DNA of 64,000 nucleotides from Spirochaetia bacterium (GTDB lineage Bacteria; Spirochaetota; Spirochaetia; WTKD01; G963693115): NCBI GenBank assembly GCA_965196605.1, contig CBDAKK010000008.1, positions 539,257 to 603,256 of the forward strand, read 5' to 3'. Shown piece by piece: positions 59,166 to 64,000 of this stretch (position 1 is its first letter; each line of letters starts with the position of its first letter). The notes under the pieces were generated by a model. It saw only the letters and a program-made list of their open reading frames with translations, ran no database searches and was not told where the DNA came from. The position numbers and the translations under genes were made by a program.

Positions 59166-61181
59166 TTGGTATATTCATCGATAATTAAAAATGCTGTGTC
59201 TACAGCTGCGAGTGAAGATAAAAAGAAATCTGCGAAGCCGAAGTCAAAGAACGCAAGTGATGCGAAATCTAAAACTAAGTCGATAAAAAAAGCATCTACA
59301 GGTGCTAAAAAGACAAAATCTTCTGTTGTTAAAAATGCTAAAGAAACAGTTAAGAAAAAAACTACTCGTGGTGTAAAGTCTGTGGCAAAAACTACTGCGA
59401 AGGTGGCAAAAAAGCAAAAATCTAAAAAAACCTCCATGCATGATCAAGGCGATGATGTTTTGCAAGCTGCAAGTGATAGTAAGTCGTGGGAGAGTTTGGT
59501 AAACGATTATCTTGATAAGGCTGATTCAGATGTTCCCATTGTGTTGGATGAATTACTAGAGTATTCCCAAGTTAACATGAGCGATGAAGCTTTGAGAAAG
59601 CAGGTGGAAGATTATGTTATTGAGAAAAACTTTGATATTGATGATGAAGTTAAAAAAGAGTGGAATGTATTTGATACCAGCGATGATAAAATAGATGACC
59701 CTATACGCTTGTATTTACGAGAAATTGGAAAAAAGCGCTTGCTTTCTGCAGAGGAAGAGGTACAGTTTGCAAAGGAAATGCGAGATGGCGAACGGCAGAT
59801 AGTTGAAATTATTAAGAGGTCAGGAATTTTTATTTTTGAACTTTATAAAATTATGCAAAATCTCAATAAAGAGAAAGAAGCTGGAAAAGAAGTATTTGCA
59901 TATGATACGAAGGTTGATGATGAATACGAGAGACGCAGCGAGAATAAAAGACTTTCACAATTGTATAGGGATGTTATTAGACAGATAGGTGGCAAATTAG
60001 AAGAGTATATGCAATATAAAACGCAGATTTACGCGTCAGGGAAAAAAATTGCCACTGATACAAAGTTACAGTCTATGAAAGTGTATTTGCTAAAAAAGAT
60101 ACAGCATCTCTTTATAGATGCCTCAGAGGTGCACCGTTTAGCCGATGTGTTTTTGAAGGCACTCGAAATGATTAAGGCGTATAGAAAAAAGCAAGCTACT
60201 ATATGTCGTGAGCTTGCAGCAAATTCTCTGGAAGATATTCGACTCTTGTGCAAACGCTTGATTATGAGATCGACTCGGGTGGAGTTGGAACGTGAACTTG
60301 GGAAGAGTTCTCATGAAATAAAGACGTATATACAAAACTATAAAACTGCCGAACAAAAGCTCATGAATGTAGAATTTGATTATGAAATGAGTATAGATGA
60401 GATAATGCATTATTCAAGAGAAATTGCGAAAAATCACTTGAAGGTGGAAGAGGTTAAAAACCACATTATAGAATCTAATTTGCGACTTGTGGTAAGCATT
60501 GCAAAAAATTACACAAACAGAGGCTTGTTCTTTTTTGATTTAGTGCAGGAAGGTAACCTTGGGCTCATGCGTGCGGTGGAAAAGTTTGAATTTCAAAGGG
60601 GCTTTAAGTTTTCTACGTATGCCACATGGTGGATACGCCAAGCAATTACGCGCTCCATATCTGACCATGCGCGTACTATACGGGTTCCTGTGCATATGAT
60701 TGAACAAGTGAACAAAATTATGCGTGAAGAACGTCGAATGATACAAGAGCATGGAAGGGAGATAAGCGATGAAGAGATTGCGCAAAAATTAGGGTGGGAA
60801 AAAGAAAAGGTTATGAATGTACGGAGTGTCTCACGCGAGCCACTTTCCTTGGAAACTCCTATAGGGGAGGATGAGGATTCTCTGTTAAGTGATTTTATAG
60901 AGGATAAAAACACGGATTCACCGATGCAAATTACTTCGTCATCATTTTTACGAGAGCATTTACAAGAAGTGCTTTCAACGCTTTCGCCTCGTGAGCAATT
61001 GGTATTACGCCTGCGTTTTGGGCTTGACGATGGCTATCCGCTTACTTTAGAGGAAGTTGGATTGGACTTAAATGTTACGCGCGAGCGCGTGAGGCAAATA
61101 GAATCAAAAGCATTAAAGCGACTTCAGCACTCACGCCATCGTAAAAAATTACAACGATATCTCGACAACGGTGTAGAGTAA
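59166..61181 (+). CDS. rpoD: RNA polymerase sigma-70 factor RpoD with a Lys/Ala-rich N-terminal extension
   Basis: Region 2-4 motifs [41 protein letters not shown] and a C-terminal HTH. TTG start with a GGGAGA RBS. Confidence 0.9.
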   Translation: MVYSSIIKNAVSTAASEDKKKSAKPKSKNASDAKSKTKSIKKASTGAKKTKSSVVKNAKETVKKKTTRGVKSVAKTTAKVAKKQKSKKTSMHDQGDDVLQAASDSKSWESLVNDYLDKADSDVPIVLDELLEYSQVNMSDEALRKQVEDYVIEKNFDIDDEVKKEWNVFDTSDDKIDDPIRLYLREIGKKRLLSAEEEVQFAKEMRDGERQIVEIIKRSGIFIFELYKIMQNLNKEKEAGKEVFAYDTKVDDEYERRSENKRLSQLYRDVIRQIGGKLEEYMQYKTQIYASGKKIATDTKLQSMKVYLLKKIQHLFIDASEVHRLADVFLKALEMIKAYRKKQATICRELAANSLEDIRLLCKRLIMRSTRVELERELGKSSHEIKTYIQNYKTAEQKLMNVEFDYEMSIDEIMHYSREIAKNHLKVEEVKNHIIESNLRLVVSIAKNYTNRGLFFFDLVQEGNLGLMRAVEKFEFQRGFKFSTYATWWIRQAITRSISDHARTIRVPVHMIEQVNKIMREERRMIQEHGREISDEEIAQKLGWEKEKVMNVRSVSREPLSLETPIGEDEDSLLSDFIEDKNTDSPMQITSSSFLREHLQEVLSTLSPREQLVLRLRFGLDDGYPLTLEEVGLDLNVTRERVRQIESKALKRLQHSRHRKKLQRYLDNGVE

Positions 61182-61316
61182 TCTATACAATGGTAAATGT
61201 TTATACAATATAAAAAAATCAATTCATAGTGGAAACATGTGCAACGCTTTTAGTCTATAAGGCAACATAGGCGAAGCTAAGTTTCTACGTTATTTAATTT
61301 AGAACTAGGGGGCATT

Positions 61317-62282
61317 ATGAGTTTTCATAAAACGCTAGAACAACTACGCTCATTGCAAGAGGTCTTTAATGAAAAATTTGATATTGAAAGTAAACTTCTA
61401 GAGCTACCACAAGAGGTGGATACTCGTGAACAAATGGTTTTACAGCTTCAAAAAGAATTTCTTATGTACAACGAAAAATATGGGCAGCTTAAAAAAGAGA
61501 TGGGGCTTAAACAGGATGATTTACGACATGCTCAAGAACACCGAGAGAAACTAGAAAAAGAAATAAGCCTAGTCAGTTCACAACGCGATTATGAGCTTAT
61601 GGATAGGGCTGTAAAAGAAAATGAAGAGCATGAAAATTCTATAGTACAGGAACTGAATAGTTTAAAACGTAAGTTCGATGAATTGCAAGAAAAGTTTCAA
61701 GCATCTGAAAACTTCTTGAAGGAACAAGAAGTAGAACTCGAAGAAACTAAAATAGAGGTAGATAAGCAAGTTGCTGCGTTGACCTTTGCGCTTCAAGAGT
61801 GTAAGAACAAGGAAATACTTATCTCATCGGATTTGAATGATAACCTTGCATTTAAATTTGAACGTATTATACGCTCGAAGGGAGGGGATGGCATTGTGCC
61901 TATACGCAATAGCGTATGTTACGGCTGTCATATTGTGCTGCCCGTACAATTTGTAAATGAAGTGCGTGCTGAAGATAAAATATTTACCTGTCCCTATTGC
62001 TCAAAGATAGTTTATTACGATAAAGACGATGATGCTACTGTCTTAGATAATGTTGATATACCGAGTCTTCAAGATATTGCGAGTGAAGATGATATAGAAT
62101 TGGATGATTTTGAAACTGAAGATTACGAAGATCTCATGGATAAAAGTGACATGGGTTCTGACGCGTATATACCAGTTGCAAACTTAGAAGAAGGAAGTGA
62201 GGACGATGATGATATTACAGATGACGAGGAGGAGGAAGAATACGAATCAGAAACTTATGATGAAGACGATTTAGAAGACTAA
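61317..62282 (+). CDS. coiled-coil protein with a C4 zinc-ribbon (COG1579-like) and a poly-acidic C-terminal tail
   Basis: CYGCHIVLP...FTCPYCSKIVYY zinc ribbon after about 190 aa of coiled coil. The tail is EDDDDITDDEEEEEYESETYDEDDLED. Confidence 0.6.
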   Translation: MSFHKTLEQLRSLQEVFNEKFDIESKLLELPQEVDTREQMVLQLQKEFLMYNEKYGQLKKEMGLKQDDLRHAQEHREKLEKEISLVSSQRDYELMDRAVKENEEHENSIVQELNSLKRKFDELQEKFQASENFLKEQEVELEETKIEVDKQVAALTFALQECKNKEILISSDLNDNLAFKFERIIRSKGGDGIVPIRNSVCYGCHIVLPVQFVNEVRAEDKIFTCPYCSKIVYYDKDDDATVLDNVDIPSLQDIASEDDIELDDFETEDYEDLMDKSDMGSDAYIPVANLEEGSEDDDDITDDEEEEEYESETYDEDDLED

Positions 62283-62296
62283 TATGTAAGTAATAA

Positions 62297-62634
62297 GCAG
62301 TATGGATATTGCTATTGTCGAGCGACAATAGAGGAAAGTCCGGGCTCCGAAGAGTAAACTACTGGTTAACGGCCAGCTAATGTTTATGACATTATGAGAT
62401 AGTGCCACAGAAAAGATACCGCCAAAATAAATTTATTTCGGTAAGGGTGAAAAGGTGAGGTAAGAGCTTACCCGTATGCAGGATACTGCATATGTGTTGG
62501 TAAACCTTAGTTGGAGCAAAATCATGCAGTGGAGGGTTACTCGCCCATATTCACGGGTAGATTGCAAGAGGGGCGTAGCAATACGCGCTGAAGATAGATA
62601 ATGTCCCACGACAGAATCCGGCTTATATACTGCT
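62297..62634 (+). ncRNA. rnpB: RNase P RNA, bacterial type A
   Basis: P4 strand GGAAAGTCCGGGCTCC at 62343-62358, GGTAAGGGTGAAAAGGTGAGGTAAGAGCTTACC, a 3' P4 strand ACAGAATCCGGCTTAT, P1 pairing gcagtat/atactgc, then a T-run. Confidence 0.85.
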
Positions 62635-62653
62635 TTTTTATTTTAAAAAAACC

Positions 62654-63310
62654 TTAGCCCAATGTTTTCTTTTTGTACATAGTCAATTTTCGTTGCAAGC
62701 CTTGCTCGTCGACTATGAGAATTTTATCTTCGGCAATAGAAATATACCCATCATCTTGCAGTGAGCGTAGTACATCCTTGTTTTCCTTTGCTGAAATACC
62801 AACCCATTTTGATATATCTTCTGGATTTGATTGTACTATGTATTCTTTTTTTTCAAGATTCGCGGAGGCATCTGTTTTAAGAAGTACGCGCAAAGTTAAG
62901 AGGCACATGATCACTCGTGCTATAGGTTCATCATAAGAGTATATTTGTAAACGCTGTTGTTGTACAATAATTCTATTGACAAAGGTTTGTATGAGCCACA
63001 ACGAGAGCTGTGGATTTTGTAGTATTACCGTTTCAAAGTTGTCCTTAGAAAACTCCAATACCGAGACAGTGCCACTTGCAATAGCTGATGCTGAACGTGG
63101 AACAGATTCTATAACCGCCATTTCTCCAAAAAAGACGCCGTTCTGCAACACATCTATCATGTGTTCCTGTCCATCGAGCATAGAAACGAGTTTCACTTCG
63201 CCCTTTTTAATAAAGTAAAACTTCGTGCTCCCCGTTTCATATTCGCAGAATATTATTTCGCCATCTTGATATGTTTTTTCAAGATGACTGAGGTCTACGC
63301 TAGTGTCCAT
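62654..63310 (-). CDS. Crp/Fnr family transcriptional regulator (cNMP-binding domain plus C-terminal HTH)
   Basis: cNMP-binding beta-roll (GEIIFCEYETGST...FFGEMAVIESVPRSASA) and Crp-type HTH ISKWVGISAKENKDVLRSLQDDGYISI. Confidence 0.75.
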   Translation of the reverse strand: MDTSVDLSHLEKTYQDGEIIFCEYETGSTKFYFIKKGEVKLVSMLDGQEHMIDVLQNGVFFGEMAVIESVPRSASAIASGTVSVLEFSKDNFETVILQNPQLSLWLIQTFVNRIIVQQQRLQIYSYDEPIARVIMCLLTLRVLLKTDASANLEKKEYIVQSNPEDISKWVGISAKENKDVLRSLQDDGYISIAEDKILIVDEQGLQRKLTMYKKKTLG

Positions 63311-63830
63311 GGCTTTTTAAATCCTGTAACATGGTTTGAATTTCAGACATGTGTTCTCCGTTAGAATGTAAAGTTACGTATTGCTTGAGTACGTACATGG
63401 CCTTTGTTGCATCACCATTTGTATAGTAGTTTTTTGCATGCAAATACAAACCTTCTTCTGCAGACAATTCTTTTTTTGAATCCATTACTGTTTGGGTAAT
63501 GGTGTGTATTTGACGCAGCTCCTGAGAGAGTATGCGCATAAGTTGCAATGAAAGCTTGGGAGTTTTTGTAATTAATGCTTCAAATTCTTTCACATTAAAG
63601 ACAATCAACACTACATCCGTAAGAGACATGGCATCATCGTTCCGCCCTATGTTGCCTATTGCAGAGTGCATGCCAAAAAAATCACCTTTTGCATGTCGCT
63701 TCTTTTTTTCAACTCCAAAAAGGTTAGAAGTTACTTGTACTTCACCTTCACTTATGAGAAATATTTCTGTCGCTTCTTCTCCACGAAAATATATAATGGA
63801 ATTCTTTGCAAATTTTACTTTTCTAGACAT
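63300..63830 (-). CDS. stand-alone cyclic nucleotide-binding domain protein
   Basis: IIYFRGEEATEIFLISEGEVQV...FFGMHSAIGNIGRNDDAMS with no DNA-binding domain. Overlaps the downstream Crp gene by 11 nt. Confidence 0.65.
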   Translation of the reverse strand: MSRKVKFAKNSIIYFRGEEATEIFLISEGEVQVTSNLFGVEKKKRHAKGDFFGMHSAIGNIGRNDDAMSLTDVVLIVFNVKEFEALITKTPKLSLQLMRILSQELRQIHTITQTVMDSKKELSAEEGLYLHAKNYYTNGDATKAMYVLKQYVTLHSNGEHMSEIQTMLQDLKSHGH

Positions 63831-64000
63831 GGTCTTTAATTACGTAAATAACCTTCTTTATTTACTATAGGCTTATTATAATTCATACTTCTATTGCATA
63901 CAAGGGTCAAAATTTTTAATGCTTATCCTTCTAATACGCAATAGTGAGGTATTCCACACGCTATGCTATGAATGATTTGAACATATCTTCGATAGATTGT

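Noticed and set aside
1-64000. Transposase, integrase, phage structural genes or rRNA
   Set aside because: No ORF shows DDE/tyrosine-recombinase or phage hallmark motifs, and no rRNA-like conserved stretches were seen. Mobility of the repeat family would therefore have to be supplied in trans.

Overview
The gene content of this 64-kb window points to a spirochete chromosome, probably a Treponema-like organism. The clearest marker is a TmpC/PnrA-type BMP lipoprotein (39003..40058) with an RnsA-like nucleoside ABC transporter next to it. Overall GC is about 50%, with several AT-rich islands (24000..25100; 10860..12100). I call about 50 CDS. Housekeeping blocks are: mreB-mreC-mreD-mrdA(PBP2)-rodA-glnS, then a tRNA-Thr(UGU)/tRNA-Tyr(GUA) pair; dnaG-rpoD; an RNase P RNA (rnpB, type A) that the ORF track does not show; rpsU with a non-AUG start; gcvH; plsC with a heterodimeric ABC exporter pair; an Na+:alanine symporter; and trhO. 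A 7-gene minus-strand operon (39003..40058 down to 32840..33268) encodes nucleoside uptake and catabolism: BMP lipoprotein, a tandem-NBD ATPase, two permeases, pyrimidine-nucleoside phosphorylase, deoC and cdd. A second, orphan BMP lipoprotein paralog lies about 5 kb away. Accessory content includes (i) a family of composite, strongly structured intergenic repeats present in at least six clusters (about 7% of the window), with arrays of 2-3 tandem ~98-bp units, G-rich palindromes and a 38-bp perfect direct duplication that looks like an insertion footprint; (ii) a two-lipoprotein cassette flanked by ~190-bp direct repeats, with an internal AT-rich island and a papain-superfamily-like Cys/His C-terminal domain; (iii) an operon of a sodium:solute symporter plus two proteins built from 2 and 4 tandem SnoaL/ester-cyclase-like (NTF2-fold) domains; (iv) three tandem lipoprotein paralogs that share a terminator module; and (v) an M23 peptidase-bactofilin locus. 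No CRISPR array, rRNA, transposase or prophage genes were seen.
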